From an uncultured Spirochaetota bacterium (GTDB taxonomy: Bacteria > Spirochaetota > UBA4802 > UBA5550), in assembly GCA_963827275.1 (NCBI GenBank), contig CAWHAA010000005.1:512001-576000 (forward strand): a DNA stretch of 64,000 nt. Direction: 5' to 3'. The notes under the pieces are model-generated. The model had not been told where the DNA came from, ran no database searches, and saw only the letters and a list, made by a program, of their open reading frames with translations. Every line of letters starts with the position of its first letter. Within the stretch, counting starts at the first letter, position 1. Below are positions 30,988 to 41,350 of this stretch, piece after piece. Position numbers and translations under genes: made by a program.

Positions 30988-31905
30988 ATGGCCATGATCC
31001 AAAAAACACAAAGGCAGAAAACTAACGGCAAAAGCCTCATTGCCGAGAAATTTTTTGAAAAGTTCTTTCTGATCATCGGCCTCTCCTGCCTGTTCGTCCT
31101 TCTCCTGATCATGGTCTTCCTTTTCAGCGAAGGGATCCCCATACTCAAAGACGTCCGCCTCGCCGACTTCCTTTTCGGCACCCAGTGGTATCCCACAAGC
31201 GGGAACCCCCGCTTCGGCATACTGCCCCTGATCGCCGCGTCGGTGGCGGTGACGCTGCTCGCTTCCGCGTTCGCGGTGCCGCTCTCCCTCGCAATCGCCG
31301 TGTACCTCTCGGAGCTTGCGTCCCCGCGGGTGCGGGAGATCGTAAAGCCCGCGATCGAGGTGATCGCGTCAATACCGTCCGTCATCATCGGCTTCTTCGG
31401 CATGGTCGTCGTGGCGCCATTTTTACAACAGCAGTTCAACATCGACACGGGCCTGAACCTCTTCAACGCGTCCCTCATGCTCGCCTTCATGGCCGTGCCC
31501 ACCATCGCCAGCATTTCCGAAGACGCGATCTCATCCGTCCCGATGTCGCTCAAGGAGGCGTCCTACGCGCTGGGCGCGAACCGGTGGCAGACTATATTCC
31601 ACATCACCATCCCGGCCGCACTGTCGGGGATCTGGACCGCGGTGATCCTGGGCATATCGCGGGTAATCGGCGAAACCATGGTGGTGCTCATGGTCGCCGG
31701 CGGCGCGGCCGTCATGCCCGGCTCCCTGTTCGATCCCGTGCGGCCGCTGACCTCGAACATCGCGGCGGAGATGGCGGAGGCCCCCGTGGGCGGGAGCCAC
31801 TACCACGCCCTCTTCGCCATCGGCATCATACTCTTCATCATCACGTTCATGTTCAACCTTGTCGCCGATTATCTTTCGAGCAAATACAAGTTCAAGGGGA
31901 ACTGA
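30988..31905 (+). CDS. pstC: Phosphate ABC transporter permease PstC
   Basis: FGILPLI, IPSVIIGFFG, EASYALGANRWQT, RVIGETM. Confidence 0.95.
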   Translation: MAMIQKTQRQKTNGKSLIAEKFFEKFFLIIGLSCLFVLLLIMVFLFSEGIPILKDVRLADFLFGTQWYPTSGNPRFGILPLIAASVAVTLLASAFAVPLSLAIAVYLSELASPRVREIVKPAIEVIASIPSVIIGFFGMVVVAPFLQQQFNIDTGLNLFNASLMLAFMAVPTIASISEDAISSVPMSLKEASYALGANRWQTIFHITIPAALSGIWTAVILGISRVIGETMVVLMVAGGAAVMPGSLFDPVRPLTSNIAAEMAEAPVGGSHYHALFAIGIILFIITFMFNLVADYLSSKYKFKGN

Positions 31906-31919
31906 GATGTTTTCACACC

Positions 31920-32776
31920 ATGCGAAATCAGAGGCTGATCGAAAAAGCCATGTTTTTACTGATACGGGCCATGTCGTACACCGTGCTGGCGTTCCTTGTT
32001 TTCATGCTTGGATACATCGTCATGAAGGGCTACTCCGCCATATCCTGGGAGTTCATCACGGAAATGCCGCCGAACGAAATGACCAACGGCGGCATCTTCC
32101 CGGCCATACTCGGCACCTTCTACCTGATGATCGGGTCCGCGCTGGTGTCGATACCGATCGGCATCATCACCGCGATTTACCTGACCGAGTACGCCAGCAG
32201 TCCCCGCGCTCGTGAAAGCGATCCGCCTCGGCGTGAGCAACCTGGCCGGGGTGCCCTCGGTGGTCTTCGGCCTCTTCGGCCTGGCCCTGTTCGTCGTCTT
32301 TCTCGACTTCGGCACCTCCATCATCGCGGGCTCACTTACGCTCGGCGATGCTCAACCTCCCGGTGATCATCCGCTCCACCGAGGAGGCGCTCATGACGGT
32401 GCCGATGACCTACCGCGAGGCGTCTCTCTCGCTGGGCGCGACCCAGCTGCAGACCATATTCAGGATCGTGCTCCCGAACGCGCTGCCCGGCATACTCACC
32501 GGCGTCATGCTCTCGCTCGGCCGCGCCGCGGGCGAGACCGCGCCGATCATGTTCACCGCCGCGTCCTACTACGCGCCCGACCTGCCCGCGTCCATCTTCA
32601 GCGAGGTCATGGCACTGCCGTACCATATCTACGTCATGGCCACGGCGGGAACGCATATCCAGGAAACACGCCACCTCCAGTACGGCACCGCCATCGTCCT
32701 CATACTGCTCGTCCTCGCGCTTAATTCGATCGGGCTCGTGCTGCGCTACCGCTTCAGGAAACGGCTCAAGGGATAA
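31920..32776 (+). CDS. pstA: Phosphate ABC transporter permease PstA, two frameshifts (near 32204 and 32345)
   Basis: [30 protein letters not shown] and [20 protein letters not shown] lie in three successive frames. Confidence 0.9.
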
Positions 32777-32946
32777 ACGTCCCGACGTTATGCAGCAATA
32801 TGCCAGTTTTTTTCAGGTTTCATCAGACTGAAAAATTTATTTATGCAAATCATCGACATTAATATTGACTTATTAGGCCATATAAATAAGTATACTCCCG
32901 TGATTTTACAGACCCATAATCAGAATAATCACAAGGAGTTCCGCCG

Positions 32947-33572
32947 ATGGCATTCAAGTTTATTCCCCAGGAAGTCAAATTTTTCGATATGTTTGACCAG
33001 CAGGCGGCAAAGATAAATATCGCCGCGGAAACCTTTAAAGACCTGGCATCGAAGGGAAAATGGGACGATGAAGGCATCACCGTCATGCGCGATCTCGAGC
33101 ATGAATGCGATTCCATCACCCACGACATCATAGACAAGCTGAACAGGACATTCATAACCCCGTTCGACCGCGAGGACATCCACCAGCTGGCCCACGAGCT
33201 GGACAACGTGGTGGACATGCTCTATACCACGTCGAAGCGGCTCCGCCTCTACAAGCTCAAGACCGTCAACCAGGACCTGATCCAGTTTTCCGAGCTCATC
33301 GTGCATTCGGTGAACGCCCTGGGCAAGGGATCAACGCCATGCGAAACCATAAAAACCCGAAGGACGTGTACGACGCCTGCATTGAAGTCAACCAGATCGA
33401 GAACAAGGGCGACCAGCTCAGGGACGCGATCATCCTCAAGCTTTTCGACCACACGAAAGACCCCATAAAGATAATCAAATGGAAGGAGATTTTCGAGAGC
33501 GTCGAAACAGTGCTCGATATCTGCGAGGACATCGCCAACGTGATGGAATCAATCCTCGTTAAACAGGGTTGA
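32947..33572 (+). CDS. DUF47 / PhoU-like PiT accessory protein, frameshift near 33328
   Basis: LEHECD.I, TFITPFDREDI; second frame IENKGD, IIKWKEIFE..E...D.CEDIAN. Confidence 0.9.
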
Positions 33573-34575
33573 TGATGGACTATCTATAGTCGTATTCCTG
33601 ATATTCCTCGCGCTGCTGTTCGACTTTCTCAACGGGTTTCACGACGCCGCAAACTCGATAGCGACGGTCGTGTCAACCGGGTGCTTTCGCCCCGCTACGC
33701 GGTCGCGTGGGCCGCGTTTTTCAATTTCATCGCCTTTCTCTTTTTCGGTCTCCACGTGGCGGGCACCATCGGCAAGGGCATCATCGACATCAGCATCATG
33801 GACAAGGACCTGATACATGGCCACCCTGGTCGCCGCCTGCTCGTGGGACGTGATCACCTGGTACTTCGGACTGCCCACCAGCTCCTCACACGCGCTCATG
33901 GGAGGCCTTATCGGCGCGGCGCTGGTGAAGGCGGGCGTAAAGGGACTTATCTGGTCCGGCATACTCAAGACCATAGCGTTCATATTCATATCCCCGATCC
34001 TGGGGCTGCTGCTCGGGCTTGTCCTGGGAACTATCGTATACCGCATATTCAAGAATTTCGCACCGACCCAGGTTGACAAATATTTCCGTAAAGGGCAGCT
34101 CGTATCCGCGGCACTCTACAGCCTGGGCCACGGCGGCAACGACGCCCAGAAAACCATGGGGATCATCGCGGGCCTTCTCGTCAGTACGGGCATCATCACC
34201 ATCGCGCCCGGCCAGTCCCTCCAGGACTCGATCCCGCTCTGGGTGGTACTCTCCTGCCAGGGCGCCATAGCGCTGGGCACCATGAGCGGCGGCTGGCGCA
34301 TCGTGAAGACGATGGGCCAGAAGGTGACAAAACTCCGGCCGGTTGACGGCTTCTGCGCGGAATCGGCCGCGGCCATGACGCTCTACTTCTCGACATTTCT
34401 CGGTGTGCCGGTGAGCACCACCCATACCATCACCGGGTCCATCATGGGCGTCGGCGCCATGAGGCGGTTTAACGCGGTGCGCTGGGGCGTCGCCGGCCAG
34501 ATCGTCTGGGCCTGGGTGCTCACCATACCCTTCTCCGCCGCCATTTCGGCGATCACCTATTTCATCGTTTCCTGA
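33572..34575 (+). CDS. pit: PiT phosphate transporter (copy 2), frameshifts near 33582, 33678 and 33816
   Basis: NGFHDAANSIAT, PTSSSHA, HGGNDAQK, PVSTTH; collinear with copy 1 once three single-base indels are corrected. Confidence 0.88.
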
Positions 34576-34623
34576 CGGCGCCGCGCCAGGGCGCGCGGCG
34601 TGAAGGCGGGCAACCGGCAGCAA

Positions 34624-36357
34624 TCATGCCTCGATGATGAACTTCGTCCCCGTGGACGAGGAAGACAACCGTATTCTCCACCCGAGTATCTCGGCGGCGT
34701 GCTTGACTATTGACAGCCCGAGGCCGGTGCCGCCGGTGGCGCGGGACCTGCTCTTGTCTACCCGGTAAAAGCGCTCGAAGATGCGGTCCATGGATTCCTC
34801 GGGGATCCCGATGCCCGTATCCACGACGGCGACCGTGACCCGGTCCCCCGACCGCTCCATGTCCACGGAGATGGTCCCCCCCTCGATGTTATAATTGATG
34901 GCGTTGTTGATCAGATTGAAAAATATCTCCTCCGCGAGGAAACGGTTCCCGGGGACCCGGGCGCTCTGGCCATCGGTATTGAACCGTATCGTTATGCTCT
35001 TTTTCTGCGCACCGGGCCCAAGGATGTCTATGCAGGAGCGGATGATCTCCCTGAGGTCGATAAACTCCGTGCCGAATTCCCTCGACGTTTCAAGCCGGTT
35101 TAATTTTAATATGTCGTTGATGAGGGCCCCCTGGCGGTCCACGTTGGCGAGGGCCTTTTGCAGCAGCTCTTTCGTCATGGCCGGGTCGTCCAGGTGCGGC
35201 TCCATCGTTTCAAGATATCCTTTCAGGATCGCGATGGGGGTCTTGAGCTCATGGGACATGTTGCCCACCAGGTCGGTCTTCATCTGCTCGATCCTCTTTT
35301 TCTCCGTGGTGTCATGCAGGACGATGAGGATGCCCCCCAGCGACTGCTCGCCCGCGATCGGGTTTATGAACACGTCGCAGTTCCTGCCGTTCAGAAAATG
35401 CTCTTCAAAGGCGGCCGCCGTCCCGGTCGCATGCGATTGCTCGATCCGCGCGTTCAGGTTCCTGTTCCTGATCGCTTCAAAAAAAAGCCTGCCCACCACG
35501 TCGGTATCGACATCCAGGAGCGCCTTGAAGGCCCTGTTGGCGACCAGTATCCGCCTGTCGCGGCCGACCACCGCGATCCCGTCGTTGATGCTCTCAATCG
35601 TCTTTTCAAGCTTGTTCTGCTCGAACATGAGGGAGTTGATTTTTTCAACAACCGTGTCAGCAAGCCTGTTCAGGGCCTTCTGCAGCGTGCCGATTTCGTC
35701 ATCGCTGTAGTTCGGTATCCTCCGTGAGAAATCGCCGCTTGAAAAATCCCGCGCGAAGCTCATGGTCTCGTTGATGGGCCTGGTGATCCTCCGGGATATG
35801 ACAATGACGACCAGCGACGAGAGCGCCAGCGCCAGCGCGCCGGCGGCCAGGATATAACGCCGGAGCGTCGCGATGCTCTCGTTTACCTCGCGGAGCGGTT
35901 TTGCGAGCCTGATGATCTCTACGTCGGATTTTTTTGCCATGTAGAGCATGTCGGTATTGAGGGTGCCGCTGTAGCGTATGCTCGCGCCCGTGCCGAGGGC
36001 AAGGGCGTCCTTTATCTCGATCCGGTAGCGGTGGTTGTCCATGACATCGATATTCGTATAATCCGAATCCGCTATGACCCTGCCGCTGAAATCGACCAGG
36101 GTGATCCGCTGGCGGACGATGGCGGCAAGCTTACCTATCTGCTCCTCGCGGTCCGCCGTCGCGCCGGCAAGGTAGCGGCGAGGGGCGTTACGGACTTCCA
36201 GCTCGATGAAATTTATCTTTTCAGCCATTTCACGCTTGAGGATCGTGATATGATATTCCCGTATATGGCCAATGATGAGGAACAGGAGCACGACGACGAG
36301 GGCGGCGATGAGGGCGATGTAGGAGAGTATGATCCGGTTGCCGATTTTTTTCAACAT
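34624..36357 (-). CDS. phoR: Phosphate regulon sensor histidine kinase
   Basis: TM-HAMP-PAS, SHELKTP H-box, NAINYN, DTGIGI, FERFYRVDKSRSR, GTGLGLSIVKH; context. Confidence 0.9.
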   Translation of the reverse strand: MLKKIGNRIILSYIALIAALVVVLLFLIIGHIREYHITILKREMAEKINFIELEVRNAPRRYLAGATADREEQIGKLAAIVRQRITLVDFSGRVIADSDYTNIDVMDNHRYRIEIKDALALGTGASIRYSGTLNTDMLYMAKKSDVEIIRLAKPLREVNESIATLRRYILAAGALALALSSLVVIVISRRITRPINETMSFARDFSSGDFSRRIPNYSDDEIGTLQKALNRLADTVVEKINSLMFEQNKLEKTIESINDGIAVVGRDRRILVANRAFKALLDVDTDVVGRLFFEAIRNRNLNARIEQSHATGTAAAFEEHFLNGRNCDVFINPIAGEQSLGGILIVLHDTTEKKRIEQMKTDLVGNMSHELKTPIAILKGYLETMEPHLDDPAMTKELLQKALANVDRQGALINDILKLNRLETSREFGTEFIDLREIIRSCIDILGPGAQKKSITIRFNTDGQSARVPGNRFLAEEIFFNLINNAINYNIEGGTISVDMERSGDRVTVAVVDTGIGIPEESMDRIFERFYRVDKSRSRATGGTGLGLSIVKHAAEILGWRIRLSSSSTGTKFIIEA

Positions 36358-36365
36358 GGCCGCGC

Positions 36366-37055
36366 CTATTTCTTGAAGCCGTAACCGACGCCCGAAAACG
36401 TTTTTATCACGTTCTTGTACGGGCCCAGTTTTTTCCTGAGGTTCATGATATGCACGTCAATGGTGCGGTCGATGACGTACACGTCCTGCCCCTTGATGCT
36501 GTCGATGATATTGTCCCGGGTGAAGATCTTTCCCGGATTGGCGAGGAGGAGGCGGAGTATTTCAAATTCGGTTTTGGTCAGGTCAACGCCGCCCCCGTCC
36601 ACCGTCAGGCTGTAGTGGTCCGGGTTAAGCTCGATCCCCTCATGCACGAGGAGACGCGGCGCCGCCTCGCCGCCTTCCGCGCGCGACATCCGCCGGAACA
36701 TCGCCTTGACCCTGGACTTGAGCTCCTTAACGCTGAACGGCTTGGTCATGTAGTCGTCGCCGCCCATTTCAAGCCCCAGGACCTTGTCGATTTCATCAGA
36801 CCTGGCTGAGAGGAATATTATCGGTATCTTCGCGCAATGCTCCCCCGCGCGGACCCTTCGACAGAACTCGAATCCATCGATACCGGGCATCATGATATCA
36901 AGTATGATAAGGTCGGGCAGGTTCGTTTCCAGGGCCCGGAGGGCCGCTTCCCCCGTCGAAAAACAGAAGATTTCATGGCCCTCGTCACTGAGGTTGATCT
37001 TGATGATATCCTGGATATCTTTTTCATCATCTATGACGAATATTTTTTTTGACAT
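36366..37055 (-). CDS. phoB: OmpR-family response regulator PhoB/PhoP
   Basis: LDIMMPG, GGDDYMTKPF, RTIDVHI..LRKKL; lies between phoU and phoR. Confidence 0.88.
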   Translation of the reverse strand: MSKKIFVIDDEKDIQDIIKINLSDEGHEIFCFSTGEAALRALETNLPDLIILDIMMPGIDGFEFCRRVRAGEHCAKIPIIFLSARSDEIDKVLGLEMGGDDYMTKPFSVKELKSRVKAMFRRMSRAEGGEAAPRLLVHEGIELNPDHYSLTVDGGGVDLTKTEFEILRLLLANPGKIFTRDNIIDSIKGQDVYVIDRTIDVHIMNLRKKLGPYKNVIKTFSGVGYGFKK

Positions 37056-37085
37056 GCCGGCTCTTCTATTAATATTTGTAGCATT

Positions 37086-37742
37086 CTACTCGTCCGCGTG
37101 CCGGATGTCAATCCCTTCAATATAATAAATCGCCCGTTCCGCGATATTGGTAACATGGTCGCCGATGCGCTCCAGCGCCTTGGCGACCATGATGAGGCCC
37201 AGGGCCTGGGATATATTGTGGGCATCCTCGGCCATATACGTGAAGAGCTCCCTGTACACCTGCATATTCAGGGTATCGATATCATGATCACGCGCGATCA
37301 CCCCCCGCGCCCGTTCAGCGTCCCGCTCGGTTATGGCGGTAAAAACGTCGCGGAGCATGCCGGTGGCGATCTCCATCATGCGCGGTATGTCCACCAGCGG
37401 CTTCATGGGAGGGCGGCCATGGAGGTTGATGGCCTCGTTCGCTATGTTCGTGGAAAGGTCGCCGATGCGCTCGAGGTCGGTATTGATCTTGAGCATGGCC
37501 AGGACAAACCGGAGGTGTACCGCCGCAGGCTGCCGGGTAACCAGCACTTTTATGCACTCGTTGTCGATCTCCACTTCGAGGCTGTCAAGCAGCGTATCAT
37601 CGCGCAGCACGCTGCGGGCAAGGTCGCTGTTCGAATCCTTCAGGGCCTGGACCGCCCCGGCGACGGACTCGATGGCCAGGTCCGCCATTTCAAACACTTT
37701 CGATTTTATGTTTTCGAGCTCCTGCTCAAGATGGGTCGCCAT
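37086..37742 (-). CDS. phoU: Phosphate signalling protein PhoU
   Basis: RQPAA..LR, DLERIGD and ALERIGDH repeats. Confidence 0.95.
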   Translation of the reverse strand: MATHLEQELENIKSKVFEMADLAIESVAGAVQALKDSNSDLARSVLRDDTLLDSLEVEIDNECIKVLVTRQPAAVHLRFVLAMLKINTDLERIGDLSTNIANEAINLHGRPPMKPLVDIPRMMEIATGMLRDVFTAITERDAERARGVIARDHDIDTLNMQVYRELFTYMAEDAHNISQALGLIMVAKALERIGDHVTNIAERAIYYIEGIDIRHADE

Positions 37743-37798
37743 TGGCTCCTCCCTGTTGTGAAATCATCGGGCGCGGCCCCATGTCCGCGCCTTCAATC

Positions 37799-38554
37799 TT
37801 ACCCGAACTTGCCGGTAATATAATTCTCCGTCATCTCTATGTCCGGTTTTGTAAATATCTTTTCAGTCGGATTGACCTCAATAAGATCTCCCAGATAAAA
37901 AAATGCCGTTTCGTCGCTCACCCGCGCGGCCTGCTGCATATTGTGGGTCACGATAATGATGGTATAGTTCTTCTTGAGATCCTGTATCAGCTCTTCGATC
38001 TTCTGGGTGGAGATGGGATCGAGCGCGGAGGCCGGCTCGTCCATCAGTATCACCTCCGGCTGGACCGCGATGGTGCGGGCGATGCAGAGCCGCTGCTGCT
38101 GCCCGCCGGACAGGCCCAGCGCCGATTCGTCGAGGCGGTCTTTCACCTCGTCCCACAGGGCCGTGCTCTTCAGCGACTTCTCAACCGTGCTCTCGATCTC
38201 ATATTTGTCCCTGACTCCGTTGATCTTGAGCCCATAGGCGATATTCTCGAAAATCGATTTGGGGAACGGGTTGGACTTCTGGAACACCATCCCCACCCGC
38301 CGGCGCAGGCCTGTCACGTTGAATTTCGGGTGATAGATGGAATCGCCATCGATGCTGATGTCTCCATCGACACGCGTATTCGGGATAATGTCGTTCATGC
38401 GGTTGATGCATCTGAGAAACGTGGACTTGCCGCACCCCGACGGTCCTATCAGGGCAAGCACGGTATTGCTTTTAACCGTCAGGGTGATGTTTTTTATCGC
38501 CGGCGTGCTGCCGTAATAAAAGGTAAGGTTATCGGCCTTGATTTTTTCTGCCAT
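37799..38554 (-). CDS. pstB: Phosphate ABC transporter ATPase PstB
   Basis: [46 protein letters not shown]. Confidence 0.96.
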   Translation of the reverse strand: MAEKIKADNLTFYYGSTPAIKNITLTVKSNTVLALIGPSGCGKSTFLRCINRMNDIIPNTRVDGDISIDGDSIYHPKFNVTGLRRRVGMVFQKSNPFPKSIFENIAYGLKINGVRDKYEIESTVEKSLKSTALWDEVKDRLDESALGLSGGQQQRLCIARTIAVQPEVILMDEPASALDPISTQKIEELIQDLKKNYTIIIVTHNMQQAARVSDETAFFYLGDLIEVNPTEKIFTKPDIEMTENYITGKFG

Positions 38555-38609
38555 TGGATGAAAGAGTCCTTTCATTTATTCAATTTTCATATCGAATATC
38601 AGTATATTT

Positions 38610-38648
38610 CTTTAAATTAATATAATAATATTATAAAGATTTTGTTAA
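38610..38648 (-). promoter_or_regulatory. Pho-box-like array upstream of pstB-phoU-phoB-phoR
   Basis: Minus strand TTAACA, TTTATA, ATTATA, TTAAAG; plus-strand starts 38643, 38632, 38621, 38610. Confidence 0.65.
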
Positions 38649-38664
38649 GTTGCTCTGACCCCGG
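38648..38664 (-). repeat. Solo GGGGTCAGAGCAACT motif of the repeat family
   Basis: AGTTGCTCTGACCCCGG is the reverse complement of the array-1 motif. Confidence 0.7.
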
Positions 38665-38700
38665 CTGATTTTACTCCAACCCGGGCCCTCCGGCCCAAAA

Positions 38701-38739
38701 TTCACATCGAATTAATGAAATCTTTATAAAAACTTTAAT
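38701..38739 (+). promoter_or_regulatory. Pho-box-like array upstream of pstS
   Basis: TTCACA 38701, TTAATG 38712, TTTATA 38723, TTTAAT 38734. Confidence 0.65.
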
Positions 38740-38791
38740 TTCCGCCTTTATATTAGCGTCAAGAAACGCAACCAAAAACGGAGGATATACC

Positions 38792-39622
38792 ATGTATTCA
38801 AAAATCTTAAAATTTACGGTCTTCGCCCTGGCGGTAGTGCTGATGGCACTGGGGACCCAGGCATGCTCCAAAAGCAAGGGGAACCGGGTGACGGTCAAAG
38901 GTTCCACCACGGTGCTTCCCATAACACAGAAAGCGGCCGAGGCATTTAAAAAAGCGGAAAACATCTCGGTGACCGTCGAGGGGAGCGGGTCGGGAAACGG
39001 CATAAAAGCGCTTGTTGACAGCGGCTGCGACATTGCCAATTCCTCGCGCGAGATGAAGCCCGAAGAGAAAGAATCCGCGAAAAAGAAAGGAATCCAGGTC
39101 AAGGAGATCCTCGTCGCATACGACATGATCGTTCCTATCGTCCACCCTTCAAACCCGGTGAAGAACCTGACCATGGACCAGCTAAAAGCAATCTATGACG
39201 GGTCGATCAAGAACTGGAAGGAACTGGGCGGCACGGATGCGAACATTGTCGTGATATCCCGCGACACCAGCTCCGGCACCTATGAAATCTGGCACGAGAA
39301 GGTGATGAAAAAGGCCGACGTAAGGCCTGACGCGCTGCTCCAGGCTTCCAACGGCGCAATCGTGACCACGGTCGCGGGCAACCAGAAAGCCATCGGGTAT
39401 GTGGGGTTCGGCTATATAAACGAGAGCGTTCACGGCATAACCGTCAACAACGTGGCAGTCACCATTGAAAACGGGAAGACGGGGATGTTCCCGGTATCGA
39501 GGAAACTCTACATGTACATCAACGAAAAGAAGCTGTCGGAACAGGCAAATAAATTCATCGACTACCTTTTAGGTCCCGATGGACAGGCCCTGGTAAAGGA
39601 AGCGGGATACATTCCACTCTAA
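38792..39622 (+). CDS. pstS: Phosphate-binding lipoprotein PstS
   Basis: Lipobox-like TQAC, GSTTVLP, GSGSGNG, SSR, RDTSSGT. Confidence 0.95.
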   Translation: MYSKILKFTVFALAVVLMALGTQACSKSKGNRVTVKGSTTVLPITQKAAEAFKKAENISVTVEGSGSGNGIKALVDSGCDIANSSREMKPEEKESAKKKGIQVKEILVAYDMIVPIVHPSNPVKNLTMDQLKAIYDGSIKNWKELGGTDANIVVISRDTSSGTYEIWHEKVMKKADVRPDALLQASNGAIVTTVAGNQKAIGYVGFGYINESVHGITVNNVAVTIENGKTGMFPVSRKLYMYINEKKLSEQANKFIDYLLGPDGQALVKEAGYIPL

Positions 39623-39646
39623 GCAATCAGCAACATACGATCTTCG

Positions 39647-39680
39647 GCCGGACCGACGGAACGTCAGCCCGGCTTTTTAT
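39647..39680 (+). terminator. Possible intrinsic terminator after pstS
   Basis: Imperfect GCCGG...CCGGC stem followed by TTTTTAT. Confidence 0.45.
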
Positions 39681-39743
39681 TCTTACGCTTCTTATATCAT
39701 ACTGCCTGTTACGTTGTCCCCCCGTTACGTGCGCGGCAATAAA

Positions 39744-39782
39744 TTAACAATATATTTGCACCGCCATAATATTTTCTTTATC
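39744..39782 (+). promoter_or_regulatory. Pho-box-like array upstream of the putative porin
   Basis: TTAACA 39744, TTTGCA 39755, ATAATA 39766, TTTATC 39777. Confidence 0.55.
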
Positions 39783-39890
39783 GATCGATGAGCATACTAC
39801 CAGTGAACTTCATTGCATGCTGAACGCTGCGGCTCGCACCGCAGCACCAATGAATAAATTATTGAGAACACGATTATCAGGAGGTTTTTT

Positions 39891-41291
39891 ATGAAAAACA
39901 AAATGTTGAATCTGCTTGTCGCGGCTGCCGTCTCCCTGAGCAGCGGTGCTGTCCTCGCCCAGGACAAGCAGGAGAAGAAAGACGCGGACAATAAAGCAAA
40001 GATCGAAGATAAAAAAGAGGACAAGTCGATCGAGACGATCAAGGAGATTTACAAGCGCCTCGACGTCGGCGTGAAAATCTACATGGACTGGATCATGCAG
40101 TGGGGGCAGAAGGACGGCGCCTTTGACCGGGTCGTCAAGGGCGGCGACGGCGACAAAACGGCTACGGCCGGCTCGTCCAGGGCGAGGTCGGATTATTCAT
40201 CGAAAAACTCGAATGCCTTCCGGATTAACCGCGCGTACCTGGACTTCAGGTATAAAATCGCCGATTTCCTGAACGCGCGCGTGACGACTGACGTCGACGC
40301 GACGGCAACGCCTGCTGCAGACTCCAACGCGGCGTTCCACCTCTATCTGAAATACGCGTACCTTGAAGCGAAGAAGGACTTCGGGCCGGTAATGCTCTCC
40401 GCGACGGGCGGCATGATCGAAACGCCGGTCCTCGGACTCACCGACAAGATCAGCGACTATCGCTGGATCAGCCCGAATTATCTCGACCAGTCGAAAAACA
40501 TCCTGAACGGTAAAAGCTTTGATTCCTCCGCCGATGTCGGCGTCAAGGCTTCCATCGGACTCTTCAAGTATGTGACCCTGACCGCCGCCTTCACCAACGG
40601 CGGCGGCTACAAGGCCAACGAGGGCAACTCGTACAAGGCGTTCACCTACCTTGCGACGGTAACCCCCATGAAGTCGATTTATATCAGCGGGTTCGGACGC
40701 AACGAGATTACCGGCAAGTATGATTATACCGGCAAAAAGACAAAGAAGGAATATTACGGCTACGGGGTCGCCTATTCCACTGACCTGATCAAGGTCGGGG
40801 TGAATCATATCTTCCCCTACGAAACGACCGTAGGCACGGACTATACCAGCGGCTCCTTCGTAATAAATTATACCCCGGTCCTGAGGCGCGGGTACATGCT
40901 CATCGACGCGTGGCTCAATTTCAACCTGGGTGCGGCGGTCGAAAAAGCGCCCCTTCTCATCACCGGGCGTGTCGTGTACGGCCTCAGCCGCGGGTCTAAC
41001 AGCGTGGGAAGCATCAACATCGCCACGCCGTCGGTGACGCAGTCCACCGAAACCGGCAAGGAGCGTTCCACCCTCCTCTACGCGCTCGGCATCGGCTGGA
41101 AGGTAAACCAGAATTTCAGGATAATGGTCGGCGGTGAGCTGCAGAAATACTTCGTCAAAAAGGACAGGCTCTTACGGTACGCGGAGAGCAGCACGTCAAG
41201 CACTGACTGGTACGCCGGGCCGTTCTATGTCGGGTCACGCAACCCTAACGACACAAAGCGCGTGTATGCGAAGGCAGAGGTGAGTTTCTAG
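39891..41291 (+). CDS. Putative outer-membrane beta-barrel (porin-like)
   Basis: Signal peptide, FRINRAYL and YLKYAYL motifs, alternating beta-strand pattern, C-terminal Phe (YAKAEVSF). Confidence 0.7.
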   Translation: MKNKMLNLLVAAAVSLSSGAVLAQDKQEKKDADNKAKIEDKKEDKSIETIKEIYKRLDVGVKIYMDWIMQWGQKDGAFDRVVKGGDGDKTATAGSSRARSDYSSKNSNAFRINRAYLDFRYKIADFLNARVTTDVDATATPAADSNAAFHLYLKYAYLEAKKDFGPVMLSATGGMIETPVLGLTDKISDYRWISPNYLDQSKNILNGKSFDSSADVGVKASIGLFKYVTLTAAFTNGGGYKANEGNSYKAFTYLATVTPMKSIYISGFGRNEITGKYDYTGKKTKKEYYGYGVAYSTDLIKVGVNHIFPYETTVGTDYTSGSFVINYTPVLRRGYMLIDAWLNFNLGAAVEKAPLLITGRVVYGLSRGSNSVGSINIATPSVTQSTETGKERSTLLYALGIGWKVNQNFRIMVGGELQKYFVKKDRLLRYAESSTSSTDWYAGPFYVGSRNPNDTKRVYAKAEVSF

Positions 41292-41315
41292 CAAAAATCG
41301 ATCATACTGTTCAGG

Positions 41316-41341
41316 AAGGGCCCTTCGGGGCCCTTTTTTTT
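41316..41341 (+). terminator. Rho-independent terminator
   Basis: AAGGGCCC-TTCG-GGGCCCTT followed by a T-run. Confidence 0.9.
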
Positions 41342-41350
41342 CGGAATAGT

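Noticed and set aside
31920..34575. pstA, DUF47 and pit2 as programmed frameshifts or true pseudogenes
   Set aside because: No slippery heptamers or long phase-variable tracts, mixed +1/-1 indels and no other decay; sequencing error is more parsimonious
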